A stretch of 62,977 bases of DNA, filler included. It is 6 parts of 6 records of this genome, joined end to end, with 100 filler letters (N's around TTAATTAATTAA, not from the genome) between each part and the next. Parts side by side here need not be neighbours in the genome. Positions count along the whole stretch, not along the records: positions 1 to 18,351 come from SRR31156797_1058; positions 18,452 to 27,570 come from SRR31156797_1075; 4 more parts are not named here. One strand, given 5' to 3'. Shown here one piece after another: positions 8,940-18,677 of the stretch. The notes beneath the pieces are model-generated. The model did not search any database and was not told the origin of the DNA. It saw only the letters and a list, made by a program, of their open reading frames with translations. The position numbers and the translations under genes are program-made. Position 1 is the first letter of the stretch. Each line of letters starts with the position of its first letter.

Positions 8940-10937
8940 TTACCCCGTAACCAGCCGGATCACCTGATGGATAAGGATGCCCCCGCCAATGGAAAGCACT
9001 GTGGTGTAGCCGATGATTCCGGCAAGCAGCCTGAAGCGCTTTCCCCCTTCTGCATGGATGACGCTCAGGGCGGCAAAACAGGGGACAAATACGTTCATGG
9101 CATACATGAAGGTGACGGCCCCGGCCGCGGAAACCGATGCCTGCATCAGGGCGGGCAGTTCCTGCTGGCCGACATTGAAGATTACCGAGGCCGTGGCCAG
9201 CATGGCTTCCTTGTTGAGCAGGGAGGCCAGCAGTATCGTGAGCATTTTCCAATCAAGCCCCATGAGATGGCTGACCGGCTCCAGGGCCTGGCCCAGGCGG
9301 CCGAAGAGGCTGGTATTGATTTCGCCTGTGGGAAAATAGCAGGCAAAGGAAAGAAGCACGCTGAAGACCACCAGCACGCTTGCGGCCCTTTTCACAAAAC
9401 TTAAGGCCCGGTTCCAGGTGTGTTTGAGTATGCCCCCCCATGCAGGACGCTGGTATGGGGGCAGTTCGATGATCAGGGGGTCCGGGGACCGGCCCGGGAA
9501 AAGCATGCGGTCAAAGACCCTGCACAAAAGGCAAAGGATAAGGCAATTGACAAAAAAGAGGCCGAGGACCACCCCGACAGCACCAGGCAGCGGGAAAAAC
9601 CAGGAGGCGATCACCGAGGAAATGGCCAGCTTGGCCGAGCAGGGAACCAGGGGCACAAGAAGGAGAGTGAGCAGGCGCTGACGGCCGGAATCGCCAATGC
9701 GGCAGGCCAGGGTGCCGATGATGGTACATGGCATGCTGAACAACAGGGGGATAAAGGCCCGGCCGTTAAGGCCGATCCGGGTCATGAGCCGATCCATGAC
9801 ATAGGCGGCCCGGGCCATATACCCGATATCCTCCAGGAATCCAAAGATCATGGTGAAGATGGCGATCACCGGGGTGACCGTGACCACGGAGCCGCCCCCC
9901 CGGATGGCCCCCCGCACCACCCAGGCCAGCCAGGGCATCTGTGTGGAAGCCAAAAGCCTGCCGGCCACGGCTTCCATCCCATCGAATCCCCCCCGGGCAA
10001 AGAGGCCGAAGGAGAGACCGGCAGCCAGCCCCGCCGTTACCACGGCCATAAAAATCCCCAGGAGTAGAACCACGCCCCAGAAGGGATGGGTGGCGATCCT
10101 GTCCCAGTTCCGGGCCCGGGACCCCGGCCGGGCCGGTTCCCTGGGGCTGCCGGCCACGGCATTTCTGATCCATTGGTACCGGGCTTCAGCCAGCTGTTCA
10201 ACAATATGGGAGGAACCGGCAAGGCGGTTATCCGCCCATTCCAGAACATCCTTGTCTTTTACGGCCAGTTTTTGCCGCACATCCGGATCCCCCTCCATGA
10301 GCTTAAGGGCATCCCAGGCGCCCCGCTGCCTCGTCTTTGCAAGGGGAGTGATTTTTTCGCCCAGCTCCCCGTGAAGTTCCCCAATTTCACCAAAGAGCCA
10401 TTCAATCCCCTCCCGGGAGCCGTTTGGGGCTGCCAGTGCCTGTTCCAGTCCCTCACGCAACTGCGCAACTCCCCTGCCACGGCTGGCCACCAGGGGAAAG
10501 ACCGGCACCCCCAGTCCCTGGGCCGCATGGCCGGGGTCCACTGAAACCCCTGCATCCTCGGCCATGTCCGTCATGTTCAGGGCCACCACATAGGGAATCC
10601 CCATGGCCGCGATTTCAGCCCCGTAGTAGAGGGTGCGATCCAGGCAGAGGGCATTGACCACCACCAGCACAAGATCGGCACAGCCGTCCAGGATGAAATC
10701 CCGGGCAATGCGCTCCTCGGCTGATCCGGCCGTAAGGCTGTAGGTGCCGGGCAGGTCCACCACCTCCACCCGGGTCTTTCCGAACAGGGCTGTGCCGCTT
10801 CTTCTTTCCACGGTTTTTCCCGGCCAGTTGCCCACGGCCTGGTTCAGGCCGGTCAAGGCGTTGAACAGGGTGGACTTTCCGGTGTTGGGCTGGCCGGCTA
10901 TGGCCACGACAGGCCGTTTTTTTCTTGTGTCAGGCAT
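8940..10937 (-). CDS. feoB: Ferrous iron transporter FeoB
   Basis: GQPNTGKS (G1), GNWPGKTVE, DLPG (G3), NMTD (G4), then a gate-domain membrane region (LEDIGYMAR, IIELPPY). Start at 10937 overlaps the feoA stop. Confidence 0.93.
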   Translation of the reverse strand: MPDTRKKRPVVAIAGQPNTGKSTLFNALTGLNQAVGNWPGKTVERRSGTALFGKTRVEVVDLPGTYSLTAGSAEERIARDFILDGCADLVLVVVNALCLDRTLYYGAEIAAMGIPYVVALNMTDMAEDAGVSVDPGHAAQGLGVPVFPLVASRGRGVAQLREGLEQALAAPNGSREGIEWLFGEIGELHGELGEKITPLAKTRQRGAWDALKLMEGDPDVRQKLAVKDKDVLEWADNRLAGSSHIVEQLAEARYQWIRNAVAGSPREPARPGSRARNWDRIATHPFWGVVLLLGIFMAVVTAGLAAGLSFGLFARGGFDGMEAVAGRLLASTQMPWLAWVVRGAIRGGGSVVTVTPVIAIFTMIFGFLEDIGYMARAAYVMDRLMTRIGLNGRAFIPLLFSMPCTIIGTLACRIGDSGRQRLLTLLLVPLVPCSAKLAISSVIASWFFPLPGAVGVVLGLFFVNCLILCLLCRVFDRMLFPGRSPDPLIIELPPYQRPAWGGILKHTWNRALSFVKRAASVLVVFSVLLSFACYFPTGEINTSLFGRLGQALEPVSHLMGLDWKMLTILLASLLNKEAMLATASVIFNVGQQELPALMQASVSAAGAVTFMYAMNVFVPCFAALSVIHAEGGKRFRLLAGIIGYTTVLSIGGGILIHQVIRLVTG

Positions 10938-11175
10938 CCGTCCCTCCCACGCATATGGCCGAGGCAACCTGCCTGGACAGTGCAATGGTGGTCCGGCCCG
11001 CCGCAACAATGAGGGCATGGTCTTTTTTATTCCGGATCACGGCCAGGGCAGCCCCCCGGATCAGCCCCAGGGGGGCCAGCCTGGACAGCTGCCCCGGGGT
11101 GCAGCAAAATCCTGTGATAATAGTTGTCCGGCCGCCGGAAATTTCGGTGAGCCGGATATCGGGTGAATATTCCAT
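10930..11175 (-). CDS. feoA: FeoA family protein
   Basis: RLAPLGLIRGA...IALSRQVASAICV pattern; RBS AAGGAG; directly upstream of feoB. Confidence 0.85.
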   Translation of the reverse strand: MEYSPDIRLTEISGGRTTIITGFCCTPGQLSRLAPLGLIRGAALAVIRNKKDHALIVAAGRTTIALSRQVASAICVGGTDA

Positions 11176-11250
11176 TTGAAAGTCTCCTTTTTGCAATCAA
11201 ATGAAATAACCTACCCCGAATTCAACTTGTTTTCTGCTCACACAGGGTAA

Positions 11251-11268
11251 AAAAATACTCGGCCGGGA
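11251..11268. promoter_or_regulatory. Putative AraC-regulator site upstream of feoA
   Basis: AAAAATACTCGGCCGGGA matches 15/18 to AAAACTACTCCGCCGGGG upstream of the TonB receptor. Confidence 0.45.
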
Positions 11269-11290
11269 AAGAGTTCCCCAGTGCCGGCTT

Positions 11291-12202
11291 TCAGCCCCCG
11301 GCCATCTGAAAGGCTTTGGGACGAATGCCGTATTGCTTGCGGAATGCAGTGCTGAAATGGCCCACGTTGATATAGCCCACCTCCCAAGCCACCTGGCTGA
11401 CATTCATTTGACGCTGGGACAAAAGCGCATGGGCCCGGGCCATCCGGTCCTCGTGAAGGCAGGCATAGGCGGTCTTGCCAAAGACGATTTTAAATCCTTT
11501 TTTGAGTTTGCCCAGGCTTAAGCCGGCGATCCCGGAGAGCTCATCAAGGGTGGGGGCATCAATCATCCGGGACGTGAGAACCTTCCGGGCGTAACGGATA
11601 CGCTTTTCCTCGTCCCGGGTCAACACCCCGCATATCCGGAGGGGGGCGTCCCGGCCCATGGCTTCAAGCTGAAGTGATAAAAGTTCCAATACCTTTGACT
11701 GGAGGAAAAGCGACCTGGGCAGCCCGGAAAAGGGGCAGGACAGGATCTGGCGTACAACGGCTGCCTGGAGCACCTCCATGTCCATGAGCTCCAGATAATG
11801 GGGAGCAGAGCCGGTTTCAAGAAAATCCAGGAGCCTGGGGCAGGCCTCCTCGTCTTTGAGCAGCATCTGCCTGAGCACCTCCCGGTCCACCTCCACCCCG
11901 AGCATTTGGATGCAGTCCCCCGGGCAGACTTCGAATCTGCCGGGCATGTGGGGCAGGTAATGGACCACGGCAGCACCGGGCTTTAACTCAATGGGGGCGG
12001 CGGCATGGCCTTCCACCATGGCCCTGGCCTTTCCGTCCAGGATATATCCGAATTCAAACACCTGGTCCTTTTTCGTGAAATCCGTTGAAAAGGATGTGGT
12101 TGGCGGCAGGCTCAAGGTGGCCAGCCTGATACCGGGGAATGCCTCGAAGGTCCCGGCATGGATGTCATCATCTCTATGCGTGTTTTTTTTCATAATGGGC
12201 AT
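11291..12202 (-). CDS. AraC-family transcriptional regulator (PchR/YbtA-like)
   Basis: KLKKGFKIVFG...VSQVAWEVGYINVGHFSTAFRKQYGIRP double HTH; LQSKVLELL motif. Confidence 0.92.
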   Translation of the reverse strand: MPIMKKNTHRDDDIHAGTFEAFPGIRLATLSLPPTTSFSTDFTKKDQVFEFGYILDGKARAMVEGHAAAPIELKPGAAVVHYLPHMPGRFEVCPGDCIQMLGVEVDREVLRQMLLKDEEACPRLLDFLETGSAPHYLELMDMEVLQAAVVRQILSCPFSGLPRSLFLQSKVLELLSLQLEAMGRDAPLRICGVLTRDEEKRIRYARKVLTSRMIDAPTLDELSGIAGLSLGKLKKGFKIVFGKTAYACLHEDRMARAHALLSQRQMNVSQVAWEVGYINVGHFSTAFRKQYGIRPKAFQMAGG

Positions 12203-12310
12203 GTACAGGGGTTAATATTTTTAGCTGTAAAACCATGCACAATACAGCAACTTCATTAGCTTTGCAAAACTTTTTTCTTGACAAGCAACTATCTTTCCTT
12301 AACAAAAAGC

Positions 12311-12342
12311 GGCCTTCTGATTTTTCAGTAAATCAGAAGGCC
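12311..12342 (-). terminator. Rho-independent terminator of the TonB receptor gene
   Basis: GGCCTTCTGATTT / AAATCAGAAGGCC 13-bp stem followed by GCTTTTT on the minus strand. Confidence 0.8.
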
Positions 12343-12393
12343 GGGGCTGTTATATCCGGTCCGGACAGCCGGTCGTTCTAAGCGACATTCATC

Positions 12394-14535
12394 CTAGAAC
12401 CGGTAGGTCAGGTCAACGCCGAAGGTTCTCGGGGCGCCGTCCTCGGCAAAAACGGCCGTTCCCCCCGGGGTGACCAGGGAACCCATGGACTTGTAATATT
12501 CCTCATCAAAAACATTTTTTGCCCACAGGGCCAGTTCGAATTTTTCCATATCATACCCCAGCCTCAGGTTGACCAGGGCATAGGCGTCCTGCTCCAGGGT
12601 ATTCCGGGGATCGGAATAAAAGGTGCCCATGCCCAGCAGGTCGGCCCGGCAGAACAGGCCGCTGATATGACGATAGGCGCCACCGAGGTTATAGGTGTAG
12701 AGGGGACCGTCCGGGAGCTTTTTGCCGTCAAGGTCATTGCCGCTGCTGTCGACCCAGTCGTCAAATTCAGCCTTGGCATATCCCACGCCGCCGAACAGGC
12801 TCACCCCCGGCATGGGGGTGAAGCGGATGTCCAGCTCGCCGCCCAGGGACCGGGCCTTGGAGGCATTGACGATTTCAGAGGCGTCGGGCAGGCCGGCAAT
12901 GGGCTGTGCCACCTGCTTGTCCTTGATGTCGATGTAGAACAGCGCAGCATTGATGTTCAATCTGCCGTTGAGCCAGGTTGTCTTGGTTCCCACCTCATAG
13001 TTCATGGTAAATTCCGGGTCATAGGTGAAATTGTCCACCGTAGGCTTGCTGTCGGCGGAGGTGGCGGTAATGGCGTAATTGTATCCACCGGACATATAGC
13101 CCCGGGCAACGGTGACATAGGTCATGACATCCGGGGTGGCATCCCATGCCAGGGAGATCTTGGGCAACAGCTCGGAGAAGTCCAGGTCCTTGTTAAAGGA
13201 AAGGTCACCGAAGCCCCCGGTCATGAGCATGGCCCGGGAAGAAAGTTTTCCGGTCATTTCCTGGATATCATACCGGAGCCCGCCGGTGAGGTGGAGCCGC
13301 TCCACGGGCCGCCAGATGCCCTGGCCGAAAAAGGCAATGCCCCTGGACTCGATCTCGGCGTCATTATCGATCATGGACATGCTGGTGCCGGGCAGGTCCA
13401 TGGTAATGTCCATTTTCACATCGGTGGTGTCGGAAGAGCCGTAGACACCGGCCAGCCAGGAGAACCGGGCATCCCCGTCATCGGCCGAGGAAACACGGAA
13501 TTCCTGGCTGAACAGGTGGTTGGTATAGTTGAAATCGGACTTTCGCTGAAGGGCGGTGTACATGTCCTGGTCACTGCCCGCATCCAGGTCGTAATACCTC
13601 AGGCCGGTCACGGACACGAGATCAAAGCCTTCTCCCTTATAGTCGATTTTAAGGGTCTGGCCGTTGCCGTCCTGGCAAAAAGGCTCACGGGTCCGGTTGT
13701 GGTTCACCTTGTGGGCCGAAGTGATGGCGGCGTCGGCAATGGACGGATCCGGATAGGGAGTGATCCATCGCTTGCCCCCGTTGGTGTCGTTGCCGTTCAA
13801 AAAGTCCATGATCAGGGTCAGGTCCAGGCGGTCCGAGGCCTCATACCGCAAGGTGCCCCGGCCGTTATACCGGCTTCTTTTGGCGGAATCCGAGTCATCG
13901 AAGAGGTTTTCCACATATCCGTCGGACCGGTTATGCTGGAAGGCGAAGCCGCCGTAAAGTTTTTCCTTTACCAGGGGGCCGTTCATGCTGACGCCGGCCT
14001 TATAGGTGTTGTAATTGCCGGCGCCAAGGATCAGCTTTCCTGAAAATTCGTCCCCGGGTTTGGCCGTAACCAGGTTGACCACACCGGACTCACTGTTTTT
14101 TCCGTAAAGGGTGCCCTGGGGGCCCCTTAGAATTTCCACCCGGGCCAGGTCCAGCAGATCCATGTTGTGCATGTAGACCAGGGGCAGGCTCACATCATCC
14201 ATGTAAATTCCGGCCGGGGAGTTCAACGAGGTGTGAAAAGAGGAGATGCCCCTCATGATCAGGGTGTTCTCAAAGGAATCCTGGCGAAGGTGGACGTTGG
14301 GGGACCAGTGAACCAGCTCCCCGATATCACCGACGCTTTTGTCAGTTATGTCCTGGCCTGAAAACACATCCAGACTCAGGGGTACATCCTGGAGATTCTG
14401 TTCGGTTTTCTGGGCCGTGACCATCAGGATCTGGTCCACGGATTCTTTTTCGGCGTCGGCCGGTGGGGATGCAAAAAGCAGCAGAGCCGCAGCCAGAAAC
14501 AGGGGGCGGGCACATTTTTTTTTCAATGGTGACAT
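12394..14535 (-). CDS. TonB-dependent receptor (FyuA/siderophore-receptor-like)
   Basis: Signal peptide, VTAQK TonB box region, RVEILRGPQGTLYG plug motif, C-terminal PRTFGVDLTYRF. Confidence 0.93.
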   Translation of the reverse strand: MSPLKKKCARPLFLAAALLLFASPPADAEKESVDQILMVTAQKTEQNLQDVPLSLDVFSGQDITDKSVGDIGELVHWSPNVHLRQDSFENTLIMRGISSFHTSLNSPAGIYMDDVSLPLVYMHNMDLLDLARVEILRGPQGTLYGKNSESGVVNLVTAKPGDEFSGKLILGAGNYNTYKAGVSMNGPLVKEKLYGGFAFQHNRSDGYVENLFDDSDSAKRSRYNGRGTLRYEASDRLDLTLIMDFLNGNDTNGGKRWITPYPDPSIADAAITSAHKVNHNRTREPFCQDGNGQTLKIDYKGEGFDLVSVTGLRYYDLDAGSDQDMYTALQRKSDFNYTNHLFSQEFRVSSADDGDARFSWLAGVYGSSDTTDVKMDITMDLPGTSMSMIDNDAEIESRGIAFFGQGIWRPVERLHLTGGLRYDIQEMTGKLSSRAMLMTGGFGDLSFNKDLDFSELLPKISLAWDATPDVMTYVTVARGYMSGGYNYAITATSADSKPTVDNFTYDPEFTMNYEVGTKTTWLNGRLNINAALFYIDIKDKQVAQPIAGLPDASEIVNASKARSLGGELDIRFTPMPGVSLFGGVGYAKAEFDDWVDSSGNDLDGKKLPDGPLYTYNLGGAYRHISGLFCRADLLGMGTFYSDPRNTLEQDAYALVNLRLGYDMEKFELALWAKNVFDEEYYKSMGSLVTPGGTAVFAEDGAPRTFGVDLTYRF

Positions 14536-14602
14536 CTAATTTTTCCTTTTTAATGGGTTCAAACAAAACTAGCTGTCACTAGATAAAACAGGTCCGGGCT
14601 GA

Positions 14603-14645
14603 AAAACTACTCCGCCGGGGATTAAGTATGCCCCGGCAGGGATTA
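14603..14645. promoter_or_regulatory. Tandem AraC-type half-sites (21-bp period) upstream of the TonB receptor
   Basis: CCGCCGGGGATTA (14612) and CCGGCAGGGATTA (14633), 21 bp apart. Confidence 0.5.
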
Positions 14646-14654
14646 TCCGTGGAG

Positions 14655-14978
14655 GGGGCTCGGGGTCGCCGCTGGGCTCGGGTGGGCTCGGGGTCGGGCC
14701 GCGCTAATGGACTGTATTCATAAGAAATGGGTTTTAAAAAAGGGCTTCGGGCGGTCTTAAATTACCCATTTCACCCCTGAAAATTGGCATTTAAGCAGCC
14801 TGATAACAATAACCGCTTTTCTTAAACGGTTACTTTTGGTGGCAATAATGCAAAGCCAAGCCCGTTTCGGAGGCATTCAAGATTGTTATTAGTTACTATT
14901 TCAGGAAGTTGACGCGGCCCGACCCGGGGTTATGACCGGGGTTATTGGCGGCCCGCCCGGGGTTAACCCGGGGTTATA
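14655..14978. mobile_element. Non-coding MITE/REP-like element with 13-bp terminal inverted repeats and short tandem repeats outside them
   Basis: GGGTCGGGCCGCG (14691-14703) and CGCGGCCCGACCC (14913-14925); GGGCTCGGG x3 on the left and CCGGGGTTA x4 on the right. Confidence 0.55.
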
Positions 14979-15079
14979 CTGTTTTTTTGTTGTCGTACCG
15001 TAAAAAATTCTGTTTTATAGAATTAACAGGCTCGAACAAGCAGGCTCTTTTTCATTTAAACAATATTGGCTCTTATGAT

Positions 15080-16771
15080 ATGAAATTTTTACCTTCTCAA
15101 ATCCTGTTTTTCTTCCGTAATAAAACAACCAAGCGGAACCTGGTGCTTCTGGCCAAGTTTTTTGGTTTTCTGTTGCTTGTCATTACACTGTACAGTGTGC
15201 TCTTTCATGTGCTCATGTTGTATGAGGGCAGAGAGTACAGCTGGATCACCGGGTTTTACTGGGCGCTGACGGTGATGTCCACGCTGGGATTCGGGGATAT
15301 CACGTTTTCCAGTGACCTGGGGCTTGTGTTTACCATCGTTGTCTTGGCTTCCGGTGTTGTCTTTTTACTGATCATGCTGCCGTTCGCATTTATCCAGTTT
15401 TTTTACGCCCCCTGGCTTGAAGCACAGGAAAAGAGCCGGACGCCCCGGGAACTGCCCAAAGGCACCAGGGGGCATGTGATCCTGACCAACCTTGATCCGA
15501 TTACCAAAAAGCTGATCCAGAAGCTCAAACGGCGTAATTATGAATATGTGATCATCGTTGCCGATCAGCAGAGCGGGGTGGAACTTTATGACAGCGGTTA
15601 TAACGTCGTGATCGGTGAGCGGGATGATTCTAAAACCTATGAACGTGTGTGGGTTCGGGATGCTGCCATGGTGGTGATCACCGATGATGACCAGATGAAT
15701 ACCAATATCTCCTTTACCATCCGGGAAATTACCAAAGAGGTGCCCATTGTGACCAATGCTGAGCATGAACATTCCCTGGATATCCTGAATTTTCCGGGGA
15801 ATATCCGGGTGTTCCAGTTTATGCGGATGCTGGGGCACGGGCTGGCCGTGCGGACCATCGGACTCGGGACCGCAACCGCCGTGATCAGTAATTTTAATTC
15901 GCTGCAGATCGCAGAAATCTCTGCCAGCAGGACTTCCCTGGTGGGCAAGACCCTGACGGATATCGGATTAAGAGAGCAATGCGGTGTGACGGTGATCGGA
16001 CTGTGGGATAAAGGCAGGTTTGAATTGCCGAAGGCCCGGACAGTCATACGGTCCTCCACCGTCCTGCTCCTTGCCGGCACAAAAGAACAGCTGAACAGAT
16101 TTGAGACGGTTTTCACCTTGAAGGATGAGGGGGTTCTGCCGGATGCACCGGTATTGATTCTGGGTGGCGGTCGTGTCGGGCTGGCTGCTGCGGAAAAGCT
16201 GAAAGAAAATAACATCCGGTGTACCATTGTTGAAAAGCGGGCTGCTCTGGCAGGTGAAAGCAAGTCATTTGTCCAGGGGGATGCCGCGGACCTGAATGTT
16301 CTGCATGAAGCGGGCATTCATGAGGCCAGAACCGTCATCGTCACCACCCACAACGATGCCATGAACATCTACCTGAGCTTCTACTGCCGGCAGCTCCGGC
16401 CGGAAATTCAGCTGATCAGCCGGGCCACCCACGAACGCAGCGTTTCAAAACTTCATAAGGCCGGTGCCGACCTGGTCCTGTCCTATGCTTCCATGGGTGC
16501 CAACTCCATCATCAATGTCCTGATCTCGGATGAGATCACCATGTTTACGGAAGGCCTGAATATCTTCAGTCAGCTCCTTCCGCCGGCCCTGGCAGGCAAA
16601 ACACTGGCGGAGAGTAAAATCAGGCCGATGACAGGATGTTCTGTCGTGGCCATCCGGTCGGCGGATGAACTCAATGTCGGCCCCGATCCCATGATCCCGC
16701 TCAAAAGCGGGGATGAACTCATCCTGATCGGGACAACCGATGCGGAAAAAGCGTTTGCTAAAGTTTTTTAG
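15080..16771 (+). CDS. Potassium channel protein with tandem TrkA-N/TrkA-C (RCK) domains
   Basis: TVMSTLGFGDI selectivity filter, ILGGGRVG Rossmann motif, two RCK repeats. Start at the ATG at 15080. Confidence 0.9.
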   Translation: MKFLPSQILFFFRNKTTKRNLVLLAKFFGFLLLVITLYSVLFHVLMLYEGREYSWITGFYWALTVMSTLGFGDITFSSDLGLVFTIVVLASGVVFLLIMLPFAFIQFFYAPWLEAQEKSRTPRELPKGTRGHVILTNLDPITKKLIQKLKRRNYEYVIIVADQQSGVELYDSGYNVVIGERDDSKTYERVWVRDAAMVVITDDDQMNTNISFTIREITKEVPIVTNAEHEHSLDILNFPGNIRVFQFMRMLGHGLAVRTIGLGTATAVISNFNSLQIAEISASRTSLVGKTLTDIGLREQCGVTVIGLWDKGRFELPKARTVIRSSTVLLLAGTKEQLNRFETVFTLKDEGVLPDAPVLILGGGRVGLAAAEKLKENNIRCTIVEKRAALAGESKSFVQGDAADLNVLHEAGIHEARTVIVTTHNDAMNIYLSFYCRQLRPEIQLISRATHERSVSKLHKAGADLVLSYASMGANSIINVLISDEITMFTEGLNIFSQLLPPALAGKTLAESKIRPMTGCSVVAIRSADELNVGPDPMIPLKSGDELILIGTTDAEKAFAKVF

Positions 16772-17166
16772 TGTGCATGGTCATATCCTATGGATCTATA
16801 TGGGATCGAACACAGGCAGCAATTGGTTTTATGTCAACAAAAGGTTGGGGTAATGGGGGCAGGTCAGTAATTCTTAATGAGTAGGAGGAACTATGAGCTT
16901 GAATGTCAATCTGGAATTTTCAAACCGGCTTTGGTTGAAAGTGGGGTCGGGCCATGCTAAACATCCGGAGATAAACAACATAACTGTGGAAGTACGGGCT
17001 TTTATAGGTAAATATCTTACATTTCGCACCTCACAGATACGAATATCATCCGGATAAAGCCCTGCTGCTCACTGACGGCACCCGCCTTGAAATCTGAATA
17101 GGTCCCCGAAATACCGCTGGTCCGCGCGCTCTCTTTGAAACAGGCTTAATATATTGTACCGGGCTA

Positions 17167-17352
17167 TTACCAGGGAAGTGTAAGCATTCTGACCCCCTTT
17201 AAATATCTACCGCTACAGTGATCATACACCCAGGAAAGAAGCTCCACCTTTTTTGTCCGGCTTCTGTCATAGGTCGAATCATCAACGATAAGGACTTCCT
17301 CGGATGAATCATCAAGAAGATTTTTGATGAGAAGATTCTTCAACAGAGGCGG
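17167..17352 (-). pseudogene. IS4-family DDE transposase fragment
   Basis: Translates as LIVDDSTYDRSRTKKVELLSWVYDHCSGRYLKGVRMLTLPW-stop, resembling the first catalytic Asp region of IS4-like transposases; no start codon and a premature stop. Confidence 0.75.
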
Positions 17353-17535
17353 AGCTCAATTTTCCCCCAGGTACCCGTACCGACTGATTTATCCAAGGCC
17401 CACCAGGTTTCAAAATCGGATGGCCGCTTGTCGGTTCCATCAGAAGTCCCTGTTTTTTTTAATACCGGATGAAGGGTTCCCTTCTCAAATGTGATCTGCA
17501 TTTTTTTTACCAATACCCATAGCTGGTGTTAAAAA

Positions 17536-18351
17536 TCAGAACAGGCGCCGCTGTTTGCCCGGGTTGATGCCGTATTGGTTCCGGTAGGCCCGGATGAAAT
17601 GGCTGATATTGGAATATCCCACCTGGAAAGCGGTTTCACTGACACTCATGGCGTTGCGGGCCATCAGTTTTCTGGCCTCTTCCATCCTGGCCTGGCGCAG
17701 GTAGGAAAAAACCGTATGGCCATAGACCTGCTTGAATCCCTTTTTCAATTTGAATTCATTGGTGCCGGACAGACGGGCCAGTTCGTTGAGGCCCGGCGGA
17801 TCGGTCATCCTGGACAAAAGAATGTCCCGGGCCCGGCAGATGCATTGCCTGTCCTTCGGCGACATGGGGGAACCTGCCCCGGGGGCCGACGCCCCCTGGG
17901 TGAGCTGCCCGATTTTCAGGGACAGAAGCTCCAGGACCTTGCCCTCGAGAAACAATTTCCGTCCCGGCAGGGTTTCAGGGGCATGGGCGATTTGATATGC
18001 CGTTTCAAACATGGCGGCGGTCATCTGGTTCTGATCCACATAAAAACGGCTGGCCTGTCCGGCCAGGGCTTTGGAAAGTCCCCGGCATGACCGGATTTCC
18101 GCCTGGTCCAGGTACTGGGCCAGGAGATCATGGGACGCATAGACGGACACACAGGACACGCCTTTTTCCGGCCGGAATTCCAGGGCTCCCGTGATATCTT
18201 CAAGGCAGGTGATGCAATTGCTGCCGGACCTGACATGGAGGAACCGGTTCCGGCCTGATGTCGAATGAATATGGTTGATGCTTTCCCCGGACAGCATAAA
18301 GCTGAAACAAAACGGGGTTTTCCTGATTTCATAGGAAACCTGCTGGGGGGA
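17536..18351 (-). CDS. AraC-family regulator (PchR-like), 5' end cut by the contig boundary
   Basis: LEGKVLELL, NEFKLKKGFKQVYG, VSETAFQVGYSNISHFIRAYRNQYGINP. Confidence 0.9.
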   Translation of the reverse strand, partial: SPQQVSYEIRKTPFCFSFMLSGESINHIHSTSGRNRFLHVRSGSNCITCLEDITGALEFRPEKGVSCVSVYASHDLLAQYLDQAEIRSCRGLSKALAGQASRFYVDQNQMTAAMFETAYQIAHAPETLPGRKLFLEGKVLELLSLKIGQLTQGASAPGAGSPMSPKDRQCICRARDILLSRMTDPPGLNELARLSGTNEFKLKKGFKQVYGHTVFSYLRQARMEEARKLMARNAMSVSETAFQVGYSNISHFIRAYRNQYGINPGKQRRLF

Positions 18352-18451
18352 NNNNNNNNNNNNNNNNNNNNNNNNNNNNNNNNNNNNNNNNNNNNTTAAT
18401 TAATTAANNNNNNNNNNNNNNNNNNNNNNNNNNNNNNNNNNNNNNNNNNNN
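18352..18451. other. Artificial contig spacer
   Basis: N44-TTAATTAATTAA-N44; the 12-mer gives stops in all six frames. Confidence 0.98.
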
Positions 18452-18675
18452 CCGGTGATCCTCACCTTTGTCACGCCGAGATCCCGGGAAAGACGGACGA
18501 TCCTGAGGATCTCCTCATACCGTGCGATATCCTTGTGGGAGAGCGTGGGCAGGTGGTCCTTGGGGACACAGTACCTGCAGGCAAGGTTGCACCGGTCCGT
18601 GACCGAGATGCGAAGGTAGGTCACCCGGTGGTGGATGGGTCCCGGGGTCTCCAGGTTTGCTTTTTGAAACGTCAT
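18452..18675 (-). CDS. moaA: GTP 3',8-cyclase MoaA, 5' part only
   Basis: [19 protein letters not shown]...EEILRIVR...GVTKVRIT. Confidence 0.88.
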
Positions 18676-18677
18676 TT

